The position numbers and the translations under genes are program-made. The notes beneath the pieces were generated by a model. The model ran no database searches and had not been told where the DNA came from. It saw only the letters and a list, made by a program, of their open reading frames with translations. A DNA stretch of 64,000 nt from the human T2T-CHM13v2.0 reference genome, Homo sapiens: assembly GCF_009914755.1 (NCBI RefSeq), contig NC_060934.1. One strand, given 5' to 3'. This document shows, in pieces, positions 31,336 to 44,930 of the stretch (positions are counted from its first letter, which is position 1; each line of letters begins with the position of its first letter).

Positions 31336-32010
31336 CTTACAGAGAATTGATCAGCCATCTGAGATTTGATCAGAATATCTGAGAATCAAATCTTTGTGAT
31401 AGATATATGAATGGTACCCGTTACAACGGATCCTTGTGGGAAATATGGGGTTTAAAATATTCAAATTGTTATTATCTAGAAATGATGTGTTAGCCCTTTA
31501 AGATAATTTTTGTCTTGTTACTCAAACTTTAAGAGTTCTTCTGTGGTTTGATTTTGTTTCTAAAAGAAGGAAAAGGAGAAGAAGTAGATACCGTGTTCCC
31601 AGGCTTCTTATATGCCCCTGAACCTCAAGCTGTCCTATTCTTTCTAATCTATATAATATGGTTTGGATCTGTGTCCATGCCCAAATCTCATGTTGAATTG
31701 TGATCCCCACTGTTGGAGGTGGGTCCTGATAGGAGGTGATTGGGTCATGGGGGTGGGTTTCTCATGAATAGCTTAGCACCATTCTTCTTGGTACTGTCCT
31801 TGAGTTCTCCTGAGAGCTAGTTGTTTACTAGTGTATAGCACTTCTCCACTTTGCTCCTGCTGCCACCGTATGAGATGTCTCACTCCCCCTTTGCCTTCAG
31901 TCATGATTGGAAACTTCCTGAGGCCTCCCTAGAAGCAGAAGTCACTATGCTTCCTGTACAGCCTGCAGAACCGTGGGACAATTAAACTTGTGTTCTTTGT
32001 AAATTACCCA
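31336..32010 (+). other. CCDC172: Probable CCDC172 3' UTR, ending near ATTAAA at 31981-31986
   Basis: This is the first canonical poly(A) hexamer I find after the stop codon, and it is followed by a U/GU-rich tract. The exact cleavage site is inferred. Confidence 0.55.
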
Positions 32011-32054
32011 GTCTCATGTATTTCTTCATAGCAATGCGAGAATGGACTGATACA
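31654..32054 (+). mobile_element. MSTA-like MaLR solo LTR in the CCDC172 3' UTR
   Basis: atatggtttggatctgtgtcc...aatggactgataca; perfect 5-bp TSD CTATA at 31649-31653 and 32055-32059. Confidence 0.9.
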
Positions 32055-32541
32055 CTATACTTTTCATTTTTTGTTGTAGTTTACCTTGGGTCCAATGAAA
32101 CACACATAGGAAGAAACATTCAGTTTATTGGCCCAGTTTTGTTGGTGCCACTTCCACTAACAAAGGTGCTTGCTTTCATTTTAATTATTCTCTAATCATA
32201 AAATGTCTGTTGACAGAGTTCCTCTGAGGACCTTCATCTGTAAAAGTTTTCCTACTTTTCACTGTGTTTCCATGAAGTCTGGGGCACCTGAAGCCATTTT
32301 CTGGTTAATGCCAGTGTTGGTTATAATGAAACAAATTATCCACGGGGATATGAATCCCCAGTGGATTATGAGGTACATAATCTCCTTAACAGCCATCAGG
32401 ATTCATTTTCTCTGGTGACCTGAACCACTGCAACTGAAAACAGTGTAGTTAGGATCGGATCATACTTAGTATTGCTACCAAATTTCCAATATCACTTATC
32501 TTTCTGCCGTTACCATTTCTGACTAGACAGAAAGTCTATTG

Positions 32542-33094
32542 TCTGAAAGTGTATTGACTGATATAAGAATAGCTACTCCTGAAGTCATTATATGAAAAAG
32601 ATACTTGCACATGAATGTTTATAGCAGCACAATTCGCAGTTGCAAAAATGTGGAACCAGCCCAAATGCCCATCAGTCAACGAGTGCATAAAGAAACTGTG
32701 AAATATATATACGATGGAATACTACTCAGCCTAAAAAGGAATGAATTAATGCCATTCACAGTGACCTGGATGAGATTGGAGAATAGTATCCTAAGTGAAG
32801 TAACTCAGGAATGGAAAACCAAACATTGTATGCTCTCATTCGTAAGTGGAAGCTAAGCTATGAGGATGCAAAGGCATAAGAGTGACACAATGGACTTTGG
32901 GGACTCAGGGGGAAAGGGTAGGAAGGGGGTGAGGGATAAAAGACTACGAATTGGGTGCAGTGTATACTGCTCAGGTGATGAGTGCACCAAAATCTCACAA
33001 ACCACCACTAAAGAACTTACTCATGTAACCAAACACCACCTGTTCCCCAATAACCTATGGAAATTAAAAACAAATCACAAATAAAATAAAAATA
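32542..33094 (+). mobile_element. L1PB1-like 3' end with a short inverted 5' piece
   Basis: L1PB 3' UTR (aaggcataagagtgacacaatggactttggggac); TSD aaagt(c/t)tattg at 32531-32541 and 33095-33105. Confidence 0.85.
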
Positions 33095-36000
33095 AAAGTT
33101 TATTGCAACAATTCAACAAGGCCCTAGATTGGAGCAGGTTAGGAAGAAAACTTACTTGGGGATATATTTCAAAATAATGAGGGCTAATGTTAGAACCATG
33201 CTTTCTTTTGTGGTTGTAGTTGAATTCATTTATCTATTAATGTTAAGGTAGAGTACTTAGGTTTATCTAAATCTCAGAGCAGAGCCTAAGCAAGTCTTAT
33301 TTCAGAGCAAGTCTTATTTAGACATAGTTTTTTTGTATATGTTAACACCCTTATTTTTCAGAAATTAGCAAAGTTGAAACACTCTCCTTCAGGATATATA
33401 GCAATTGCCATGTGTTTAAATAATTTGCAATTTTCAAAAGTAATTTCTAATTTTATTTTTTAAATATTTAAATTAGTAATCAATTATTTTTGCTTAGGAA
33501 GAAAAAAATGAATGGTGGCAGAGAATTGCAATATATTTTATATGCAAATACAGAGCGGGAAATGGTTATTGGGATTTGTCATGACCTCAGTTCTGTCTTA
33601 TTTTAGTCTATTTGTCTACCCTGGAGAGTCCTGTGAATCTCTTTTGCTATATATATTTAGTATGCAGAATTTACACGTAAAGCTTCTTTCACTTACCAGT
33701 AATTTTTGCTCATTATTGGTTTTGTAGCTAAAATATTAATGTGAACTAGAGATCAGCCACCTATTTGAATTACTAACACAATGGCATATATGCAGAATAA
33801 ACTGCTACCGATACAACCGTTCTTTCACATGTGTGTCATATAGAATATCTAGATTAAATATTCAGTAACAGAATCAGTATTCAAATGAATTGAATTTGAG
33901 AATAAAACTGAAGGTTCGGTACTTTTATTATTTTAAAATGCTTAAAATGCATAATTTAAGATTTAAACTCATTTTCATATAATCAAATAATTATTTTAGC
34001 ACTGCATGATAGAGTAATAGAAAGCGGTATCCATGTGATACCAATCAAAATAACTGAACGATTAGAATCAATGTAATTAAAGGAACAAGTTATCTGAAAC
34101 AAAGGAAATACAGCAATCAATAGAAATCACAGTGTGTGAAACTAAACTGCACATCAAGATAAAATATTAGGAGTAGATTAAGTCTGTTTTTAGGGTTTTT
34201 TTTAAGAATTAGTAAGTCATAAAACTCATAAGTAGGAAAATTAACTGAACTTATCTGGGTAAAAATATGTCTCAGACTGAATTCAGTTACTCTGGAAGTA
34301 AGACTTTGGCTATACAGAAAGGCAATTTTTAAACGAATGTCCATTCATTAAGTAAATTCATTAAATTTTCCGTATACTTAGTTATGATCAAAACGCAAAC
34401 TAACCCAAAGTAACACTGATACTGCTCTGAGGTTTGTGGCTTGCCACCATAGTTCTTTAATGTAACTCAAGTTCTTTGAGAAGCAACTTTCTAACTCTCA
34501 GTACTCCACTGAGGATAATATTAAAATGTAGAGACAGTTTGCTGCGAAATTCTCTGCTGATTAATGGAGCTATTACACTGGGGGAAAAACAGCGACAAAA
34601 TCATAGGATGTGGAGCATGACCACTGGCCTAGAAATTCCTTTCTTCCTTCCCTGGCCTAATTATTGAAATGGGAGGAAAAGTAAAGAAAAGCTTTAAGGT
34701 ATCTACAATCAGAATGATTTCTATTCTATCATTGTTTTGTCAATAGTAGTGGTTTGTTTTTTAAAAGAAACAAACAAAAAATTGCCTGCCTGCTTTTTTT
34801 TTCTTGGAACTTGAAAAACCATGATGAGATTCTGAAAAGGCTAAGGTAAGGTAGAGGTCATTGTATTATAATGAATTGGAATCTAGAAATGCCTTAAAAC
34901 AGAGTCAATTGGGATTAGTAATTTTTTGTAGGATGGAAATTATGCTGTGAAAAAATCCACTGAGTCCATTACCAGAAGGGCAAGCAGTAATTTAGCTGGG
35001 TAGCTGCAGATGGACAGACAGCATGCACTGGACAGGCCCTGTTCAAAGCTCCTGTGGAGGACAAAGTCCCTTTATATTTTATACCAATCAATCATACATA
35101 ACTGTGTCACACTATAATGAATAAATCATTTATTTGCAGCCTAGGAAACAGTAGCAGTTCAGTGACATGATTAGAAATAAATATGAGACTATCTTAATGC
35201 CGGGTGTATCAGGGTAAGGTGTTCTGTGATTCAAGTATTTATAGTATAAAATTTGAAATTTAAAAGCTGCTTAATGTACTAAAAAGTATTTTAACATTTG
35301 AAGCTGATCTATTTTAGGTGAACTTTTATGTTTCTTTTTTGACCCCTCTTCTCTCCTTTTGTCATCCAGAAAAACTTTAGTAAAGAAAATGTTTGCCTCT
35401 CAGAATCTAGTTCAGAACATTTTCTGTCAAGGGAATTTTTTTCAGGATGTGAACTAAAAATAAAAAATATTTTTCGTCATTAGCCCGAAGCAGGGATTAC
35501 ATCTTGGGGTTTTGTGGCTCTTTTATCTTAAGACAATAGATTTTTTTAAAATGTAAGAATGGAAAGGATGAAGTTATCTTTTGAAAATATTTGAGGTCGG
35601 AATGTATAATCAGTTGCATTTGTGCTTTCTAAACATTATATTTTCAAGTTAAGTAAGTTTTTTCTTGGTTTGCTAATGGTCAAATCATCACAGCAGTAAA
35701 GAAGCTTTATTTGTTATTTTACTGACACTTGGCAAAAGACTAATATCAAGACAGCATTGACTACTACACGAGGGAAATCAAGTAATAACTTTCCCCTGCT
35801 TTAAAAGGGAGAAACAGGATTTTATCTGTTTGTTGTTAATTATACGTAAGGTCACATTTATTAAACATGAGGAAAAAATTTTGCAGGGCAATGCTTACCG
35901 TAGAACATATACTTTGACTGGAGGAAAAAAAAGCCATGACTGATGGTAAAGTGGTCTCCCAGCTGCTGCTATGAAAAGTATCAAGAGCAAAGCTGTCAGA

Positions 36001-37299
36001 ATTGAATGCTGATTTAAACAGCTTTTGATACAGAGTGAATTTGTCTTTAAAAGGCCTCTATGAAATAAACAGCACCAGAATTCAGATGTCTGGGAAAATA
36101 AAGAATAGGTGAATATGTGAAATTAATAACAATGTCTGATATAAGTAGCTATTCCAAACAAGGCCCATTGATTGAGTGGGAGAAAATGATTTTATTTTTT
36201 TCTTACAACCAGAAGAACTACACTACTTGAATAATTCGAAGTTAATTATTTTCACACTTGTAATAAATTGTCATTCTAATTAGTTGGTAAATAAAACCTT
36301 GTTAAAATAAAATCCTCTTAATCTACATTTAATAGATGCAAATACAATTACTAATGATATTTCTGGATATGGCTTTGTGATTACTGAAAGTATTTACAAA
36401 TTTAAGCCACCATTAAGTGATGTGGTTGTTGAAACAGTTTTTGTAGACTTTAGACAAAGAAGCTCCTGACTGGGAATGGGTGACCTGAGGGTAGTCATAG
36501 GGTCAGCATAATGTCAGCTCTACAATCTGGAGCCAATTAACGTTAGTAAAATATCAAGATTATATTTATAGTAGCCTTTTTATTCAATAAAATCAAAGCT
36601 CTTTATCAAGATTCTAGTTGTAGACCAATCAGATATGCCATTTTTAGAGGGGGAACTGAGGTTTTGATTGATGATCTGATTTGCATGAGGTCACACAGAG
36701 CAGAGGCCCTCTTTATTTACAGTTTAATTGCTTGGGTTTCATTTCTAACACAGCTTAAATATATATTGCTTTTGAAAACGTGCTTACAATAAAATCTTAC
36801 ATAACAGGTAAATATTAGAAGATAAGAGAAATTTAAGAATTATTTAAATCACCCTTTGGTACCAGAAAACATCGATTAATCAGAATCAGCAAATATGAAT
36901 CTTTAATTAACTAAGAATATCTTTCTACACTCCTTGAGAAGAAAGGGGCAAATCAGAATAAAACAGACTCAAATCAAGTGTTATTGAAAATTCGCCTTCT
37001 GGCTATCTCTTGAAAGTAACACCTATTCATCCTGCTTTATTACACTTTCTACAGATGTGTGTTTTTTCTTTTTTTCCAGCACTACCCTGTGGTCATTGAT
37101 ATTTAAAGTGATAACCTGAGGAATGGCACCTTTTTACAATATCAAATAATAAAGGTTATATTCATTCTTCAGTACTTGCTAAGGCAGGAATGTGACTAAT
37201 AGAAAACATCCAGAAAGATCAACATGTAAAAGAATCTGATTAACCTGAACTTAGCGCTCTTGCTCATTTCCTTTCTCCTTGTATTCTTCCTTCTATCCA

Positions 37300-37800
37300 T
37301 TCTTTCATCCATCTCTCCATCCATCCTGGCTCTTGCCTACCTCTCAGAACTCATGCCATACCAGCTCTCCTCCTTGTAGACTCCTCTCCAGCCATACAGA
37401 TCTTTCTGCCCCCCAAATAGGCCCAACTTGTTCTGGTGTTAGGATCATTTCATGAGCTATGTTCCCTCTGCCTGGGTTGCTCCACCCCCTGATCTCTGTA
37501 TGGCTGTCAGCTTCTGTCATTCAGATGTCAAGTGAAACGTCACCTCCTCAGAGAGGCCTTCCTTTAAACAATCTATGTAAAGTAGTCACGCAGTCACACT
37601 ATGACATATCCTAGTTATAAATTCTCTTCATACTTCTTATAATTTGTGACATCTTTCTTGTTTTTCTGTTCTACTTATCACCACTAAAACAGAAGTTCCA
37701 TGAAAGCAGAGTATTCTTTATCTTGCACATCGCTTATCCCTTAGAGCCTGGAACAGTGTGTGGTATATAGGAAGTGTCCAATAATATGTGTTGAAATATG
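37300..37800 (+). mobile_element. L2 3' fragment
   Basis: gtcacctcctcagagaggccttcc ... agagcctggaacagtgtgtggtatatagg ... aatatgtgttgaa. Confidence 0.75.
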
Positions 37801-38436
37801 GTTTCAATTAACTTGTTCATTTAACCTATATTTATTGCTTAAGGATTTAAATATAAATTATTGATTCTCTAGTTAAAGAAACTGGATTCATTTATTGTTG
37901 TTTATCTTTCTTGGGTGAATTACCCTGTCTTATTTCTTACTCTTTCTGAGCCTGTTTACTTAGCTGAAAAATGGTAGTTATGTTTGCTAATTTCAGAGCC
38001 TATCTATGTTGAACAACCAATAAAAACAATGGAAATAAACCAGAAGAAAGTAATGATCCCACATCCCATCACAGAAAAGTTTGTAGGTCTCTCAATGGTC
38101 CCTTACAGCTTTCTATTATCAAACTGTTGATTGGCAGATAATGGTTATGAATGCTACCTTTCCACCACCTGCTAGAATAGGAAGTGAAAATTGTAAGTTA
38201 CTTGCAAGCTATGAATGTGCATTAGAGTACCTTAAAAGCATTATCTCTCCATGGTAATAGAAAATTTTGAAATGTGTTTGCTTCTGTGATGTATTCAGTC
38301 TTTCTGGTCTGAAATACAAAGTGTAAGCAATCCTGTTTTTAATTCAGCATCATATTTAGAGAAATATATGAGTGCCATCTGCTGGATTTCTCTGGTACGA
38401 CATTGAAGAGAATGACAAATCCTTATAAAAATGTGA

Positions 38437-38521
38437 CCCTTCCTTCCTTCCCTCCTTTCTCCCTCTCTCCCTCCTTCCCTCCCTTCCTTCTTCCTTCCTC
38501 CCTCCCTCCCTTTCTTCCTTC
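38437..38521. repeat. (CCTT)n/(CCCT)n pyrimidine microsatellite
   Basis: Visible directly in the sequence. Confidence 0.9.
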
Positions 38522-39089
38522 ATTTATGTAAATATAAAATTTAAATATTTGTATATAGTTTTCAATTGTTCAAATTTATGTACATATATAATTTTAAAAT
38601 ATGTATTTGGTGCTAATTTTCAAATTAATATCACATGCATCCTAGAGAAATATAGTCTAAAGGATCCAAAAATGAGTTTCCTCTTTTGATAAAGGAGCTT
38701 AATTGGTTTAATCAATACCTTTCCTTTATTTTTGAATAAAAACTATAAGTAATAGACTTTCAGTTTGTTTTTAAGTGTTAGTCTTCAGTTTTCAAAGATT
38801 CATTTGTAAGTTATTGGTCCATCAAATGAAGTGAAGTCACTCTACCTAGGATCTTTGATAAGTGACTTGCCAATCAGCTTTATCACCAGATATTTGTTCC
38901 CTTTAAAATTGTATTTAAAAATTTCCATCTCTTTATCATTTGACATCTGCGGAATTCATATTGTTTCATGAGTTAAGTGGCTGAATTATTTCCTAGGGCA
39001 ATTATGTTGATGAAGGGAAATTGGGACTCTCTGTTTACTGTAAGAATTCCTAGTCGTTGAATAATTGACAGTACTTCATATGTTCAACA

Positions 39090-40545
39090 TATCGGCAAAT
39101 CCTGTTGTTTCTACTTTCAAAATAGGTGCAGAATCTGGGACTTACTCTCATCATGTCATGAACCACCACCCTGGGGTAGGCCCTCTGATACTTCCTGTCT
39201 TCCTTTTCTGCTTTAATTTTCTTCTTAGTACTTATTACTTTTATTTATCAGTTTTGTCATATTTGCTGTCTATCTTTCAGACTAGAATGTAAGCTTCACG
39301 AGGGCAGGGATTTTAGTATCTTGTTCATTGCTTTATCCCTAGTGCCTAGAACAGTGCCTCACACATAGTATGTACTCAAAAAGTTCATTTCTTAAATGAA
39401 TAGATTATCTCTGAGTGATTTTACTCTTTCTCAAATAAAATATTTTCAACTATATTAGTAAGAACATACTCTTGGTGCTTCTATGAACTCTATAATGTCC
39501 AAATCAGTAAAATCTTTTTATATTTACACTGTTTGATTACGGCTCGCTACATTTTAAGGTGAAAAATGAGCACCTACTAAACAGGATATCATGATAATTG
39601 TGATATGGAACCAAAGGTGACTAAGACATGGTTCTTGTGCTTATGGAACTTTCCGTTATTCTTCCTGAAGACTGTTAAGGAATTGCAAAATGACAGAACA
39701 ATTCAGACACAGGTACTAGATTTATTCTTCAGTGAAGTCAGAGGTGGGATTAGTTTTGTTGCATTTGGCTTCATTTTTCCAAAGGGCATCAGTTAAACTT
39801 GGCAGTGATTCTGGAGAAGTTCTGTGTGTTTTCTGACATGTGAACACTATGTACATATTAGTACATATATGTTTGTTACTAGAGAGTCCAAATTCAGAAT
39901 TCCATCCTTGATCTCTCATGCTAGGTACTGTATATAAATCATCTCATATGTTCATCATTAACCTAAAAGATGGGAATATTGATGACTACTTTATAGCCAA
40001 GAAAACAGAGGTTGTAAGGCTAAGTAAACTACCAAGATAATACACTGTCAGTTTCAAGCAGATTTGAAACTAGGATTGTCTGAACTCAATACTCTCTAAC
40101 ATATGCTATATTTCCCAGTTCAGAATACCTAGGGACTGATTTCTCTGGGTTTAGAAATGCAATGAAAGTTCGTTTCTTTTACAGGTGTAAAGAAGAGTTT
40201 GCTAGGTACCAGGGATGTTTAACCACCTTTCTTCCCAAGTGAAGGCCACTACTTACTCTTTCCTATCAGGAAGGTGTAAACAATTGGAATGGGAATATCC
40301 ATTTCTTTCCTATTTTACACACAGAGTGCCAAGTGTCTCCTGCTACCACCAGGCAAATGCATCATGCTTCTGTGCCCCACAGAACTGTTTCGGAATGTGC
40401 ATTATAGTATTATCCAGCGGCGGCACAATTAGTAATCTCCTCTGGATTGTGAACTCTAGGGGGCAAGAATTTTCATTTATCTTTGCCTTTCTAACCTATA
40501 TCAAAATGCCTTGTACATAGCAGGTATCCAATAAATGTAGAAGAC
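39090..40545. mobile_element. L2 fragments (39090-39400, 40200-40545, +) and MIR (~39920-40100, -)
   Basis: agactagaatgtaagcttcacgagggcaggga and aagaaaacagagg...gatttgaaactagg motifs. Confidence 0.65.
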
Positions 40546-41298
40546 TTCATGAATATGGTTCACTTAATGAGTTGAATAGGTTTTCTAGACCGGCCTGGAA
40601 CCTAATTATTTTCAATAACCTCGGTGAGAGGAGGTATATTCTAAGATTTAAATAGCCTAACTCCCATTAACTTTTGAAGACCAAGGGCCTGCCTTTATTT
40701 CTTCCTCAAATGCTTGTTCTGGTGATTTCCACTCCCTTCTTAAATTCAAATTTGCACTCAGTACAGCCATTTGCTATTTGAGATTCACAGTAGCATCTGG
40801 ATAGTGTTAAGAGGGGAAATGGAAATACTAGTGTGAGAACATTTCAAAAGGAAGGGAAGAAGAGACTAGAAAGAATAGCTGATGACAGATAGCCAGAATT
40901 AAATAATTAATACACACATTTAGGTCAGTGGAAAAAGTTTTTCTTAGGAAAGGATGCTTTCGTTAACTCCATCCTGCAAGTGTAGGAAGAAGCAGACTTG
41001 ACTAAAATAACACTATGGTGATGTGTGCTAAATGGGTTATATCCTTGTTTAATTCAGTTTTAATTTCTGTTTTCTAAAACCTCATTAGATTCAATTGACA
41101 ATATGAGACTATACTTATATGAAATAGTAGAAAACTGAATCAGTTTTTGTTCTAACAAAAAAGTGTGATAATTTTATTTAATTAGAACTCTTAGTTAAGT
41201 GAATAGGCTTAACTATTCACTTACTTAAGTGAATAGCTTGCTTTAAAGAGTAAGATAAGACCAACAATGAATTTATGAATACACACATTTTGGTAAGG

Positions 41299-41782
41299 GT
41301 ATTAGTTTCCTATTGCTGTTGTGACAAGTTATCACAAACCTAGTGGCTTAAAACAGCACACATTATCTTACACTTCTGAAGGCTAGAAGTCTGAGGTGGA
41401 TCTCACTGGGCTAAAAGCAAGGTGTTCTCAGGGCTGGTTTCCTTCTGGAAGCTCTAGGGGAGAATCTGTATCTTGCCTTTCCCAGCTTCTGCAGGATACA
41501 AGCACTCTTTAATGCTCCTTCATGAATTTCCAGAGCTGAGTCTGCTCATGTTTCATCTTTCTGATTCTTTATCTTCTGCCTCCCTCTTCCACTTATAAGG
41601 ACCCTTGTGATTACGGAGCCCACCTGGCTAATCCAGGACACTCTCTCCATCTCTAGGTCAGCTGATGAACAAGAGTAATTCCACCTGCAACTTTAATTTC
41701 ATTGCCATGCAATATAACATATTCGTAGTTTTGGAGATTAGGATGTAGACATCCCGGAAGAGGCATTATTTTGCGTACCACA
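41299..41782 (-). mobile_element. MLT1C/D-like MaLR solo LTR
   Basis: tattagtttcctattgctg...ggctctaggggagaatc...ttttgcgtaccaca; homologous to 56113-56622. Confidence 0.8.
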
Positions 41783-42661
41783 TCAATGAAATATTTGTGT
41801 TCTTCGAAATAGGTTAAGCCGTCTTCCTAAATTGGGCAGTACATATTGTTAGTTTTCTTAGCAAGTCCTTTTAAATTGACTGAAAAAAATCATTAGTAGT
41901 TCATGATATTTTACTTTTTATGATTCTCTGGCCCATCTCCGGGCCTGCAATAAAGTTAAAACATGATGTAGTTGAGTGATTTCTCCATTACCAGGAGACA
42001 AGGGGACTACACAGACCTATCACAAAGACAAGACACTTTATGGGGTATTTTAAGTTAGTGTTGTTCTCTGCCCCCATCTTCTCCTCCTCCACCTTCTAAT
42101 TGTTAAAATTTCTCTTTTTCTTTCTGAGCTTCTCCCAAACACATTTTTATGATTTTTTCTTATTTTTTACTTCCACTCATCTTATCTGTTTTACAGAATT
42201 CTTCCACTCTTGGGTGGCAAGTAAAGCTGTGTTTCCCTTCTTTTTAAATGTTAAAACATGATGATTACTCCCTAGCTGAGTATCCCCTTTCTGGTTAAAA
42301 ATCTTTATTCGGAAGTCTCCCTAGAGAACCCAAAACCTCAGAGTGATCTATATAAACTAAAGCAAGAATATGCACACTCAAAGTATCATTTGGGAAAATC
42401 ATCTTGTGGGTTCAAATGTTAAGAATCTGTTTTTATTTTAAAAGATAGGATATCGTGAAATAATACTACTTCTCTGTATCTCTGATGGGTTTTCTGTGGT
42501 GTTGATTCCCTTGGCAGAAATCCATCTAGTGACTTACCCTACCTCTCTATAGTAAACTTGAATGAATTTATTCTTATGCAGTATTCACAAACTATTAAAT
42601 AGTCTTCCGTTTAATGAGTATTTGTTGAAGTTTTCTTCTGATAGATGCTGTAAGAGTCACA

Positions 42662-43203
42662 AATAAGAAGAGGAAGAAGAAGGAGGAAGAGGAGAAGGAG
42701 GAGGAGGAGGAAGTGGAGGAGAAGGAGGAGGAAGAAGGAAGAAGGGGAAAGAAGAAGGAGGAGGATAGAGGAGGAGGAAGAAGAAAGAGGAGGGAGGAGG
42801 ACAAAGGAGGAGAGAAGAAACAAGGAGGAGGAGAAAGGAGAAGAGAGGAGGAGGAAGGAGGAGGAGGAAGGAGAAAGGAGGAGGAGGAAGGAGAAAGGAG
42901 GAGGAAGGAGAAAGGAGGAGGAGGAAGGAGAAAGGAGGAGGAGGAGAAAGGAGGAACAAGAAGAAGGAGAAGGAGGAGCAGAAGGAGAAGGAAGAAGAGA
43001 AGGTGGAGGAGAAGGAGAAGAGAAGGAAGGAGAAAAGGAGGAGGAGAAGGAAGAGAAAGGAGGAGGAGGAAAAGGAGGAGGAAGAATAAGAGAAGGAGGA
43101 GGAGGAGAAGAAGAAGGAGGAGAGAAGAAGGAGGAGAAAAGAAGGAGGAGGAGAAGGAGAAGGAGAAGAAGAAGAAGGAAGGAGAAAAGGAGGAGGAAAG
43201 AAG
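42662..43203. repeat. ~540-bp polypurine (GGA/GAA) low-complexity tract
   Basis: Almost purely A/G on the + strand; about ten pyrimidines by eye. Confidence 0.97.
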
Positions 43204-43329
43204 TTGTCCAAATCTGTGTAAAGCTTACATTGTATTATGAAATCCTCTTGAGTTTTGCATTCAAAGTTAACATATCTATTTGCCGTTACTTCACCTTATT
43301 CAAAATGGTCATATGGTGGCTTTCGAATG

Positions 43330-43530
43330 AGGCAGACGTACAGTTCTATTCTGGCCCGGCCTTTCCTGTGTGGCCTTGGGCTGGTTACTTAACTCTTATG
43401 GATTTCAGTTTTCTAATTGGTAACAAAATAAATAAAATGACACCCATTTTGTTGGGCTGTAACAGCTGCAGCATAATTCTGAAGATATCTACATGCTCAG
43501 TGAATCCTGATCATTTTAATTATTGTTGGG
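43330..43530 (+). mobile_element. MIR fragment
   Basis: ctgtgtggccttgggctggttacttaactct...tttcagttttctaattggtaa core. Confidence 0.65.
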
Positions 43531-44264
43531 CAAAGACAGTATGGAATAGATAAAGTACCTTAGCATAGTATTAGTTTTTTAGTGTTGCTCTTTATATACA
43601 AAATGAACTTATTAGTTCATATACTTTGATCTCGTGCTTTGAATCACCAGAATTTCATATGTGTGGCTTATTTCCTAGACCCATGATATACTTGGCTGTG
43701 GTGGAGGTGCAATCTCCAGCTGTGAAACAGAGTTTCCTATGCAAACATAATTGTCATATTTTGCCAAGCATAAAACAACTGAACTGACCAGCCTAGAGGA
43801 ACTTTTGGGAATAGTTCAGTTTTCTTTCAAGACAATCCTATTTGTTTTATACTCTGAGATACAATCAGAATCTGGGAACATGGTTGTTTTGAAACTAGAT
43901 GCTCTTCTAAATTTTAGTTGAAGGTGGCAGAAATCTTTACCTCAACTCCTTTCCTCAAAGCCCACTACTATGATAGTAAAATTATTTCATTTTAAAGACC
44001 TAGAGGGCAAAGAGAAAATGACATAGAGGAGTTGATAGCAATACAATTTTGAAAGCTGGTAGTAGAGGGATGAGTAGCGAAGACTTAGCAAACTTGAAAA
44101 AGTGGATCCCAAACTGGCAGAGGGAAAAGGAAAAAAACATTTTGATTTGCCCCTATAGAACCCTGAAAATCACAGGAAGTGCAGTACTAGAAACTCTAGA
44201 AGTAAAGATGAAGATGGGAATGAAGACCAAGGGACTGGTTGGCTGTACACGTAAGAAACATTCA

Positions 44265-44584
<320 letters not shown>

Positions 44585-44804
44585 TCAGGCCCTATTCCCC
44601 ACTCCAGCTGGGGAACAGCCTCTTCCTAACCTTGGCAGAAGATTTTATGTTTATCTTCCATAGAATATAAAACAGAAGTTCTCTGGACAGAGAACAGCAG
44701 GTACTGCTCAGGATGGGAAGAAAATAGACAAGAAAAATTTATATTCTGAATGTTGTAATCCCAACTCAGGTCTCATTTTGGGCAATCAAATTTGTATCCT
44801 CCAG

Positions 44805-44930
44805 GCATCTCAAATTAATATCATCTAGGAATAGTTAGAAATGCAAATTTTAGGGCCTTACCCAAGACCGATGGAATCAGAAACTCTATGGGTAGGGCCC
44901 AGCAATCTGTGTTTTAACAAGCCCTCCGGA
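44805..44930 (+). mobile_element. MER5A fragment
   Basis: gttagaaatgcaaatt...gaatcagaaactct...gggcccagcaatctgtgttttaacaagccctcc. Confidence 0.75.

Noticed and set aside
31131-31382. 83-aa ORF overlapping the last CCDC172 exon
   Set aside because: It starts in intronic AT-rich sequence and is in a different frame from the spliced CDS.
42595-43240. Long ORFs of 175-184 aa on both strands
   Set aside because: Artifacts of the stop-free GGA/GAA repeat; they encode only E/G/R/K or S/F/P/L runs.
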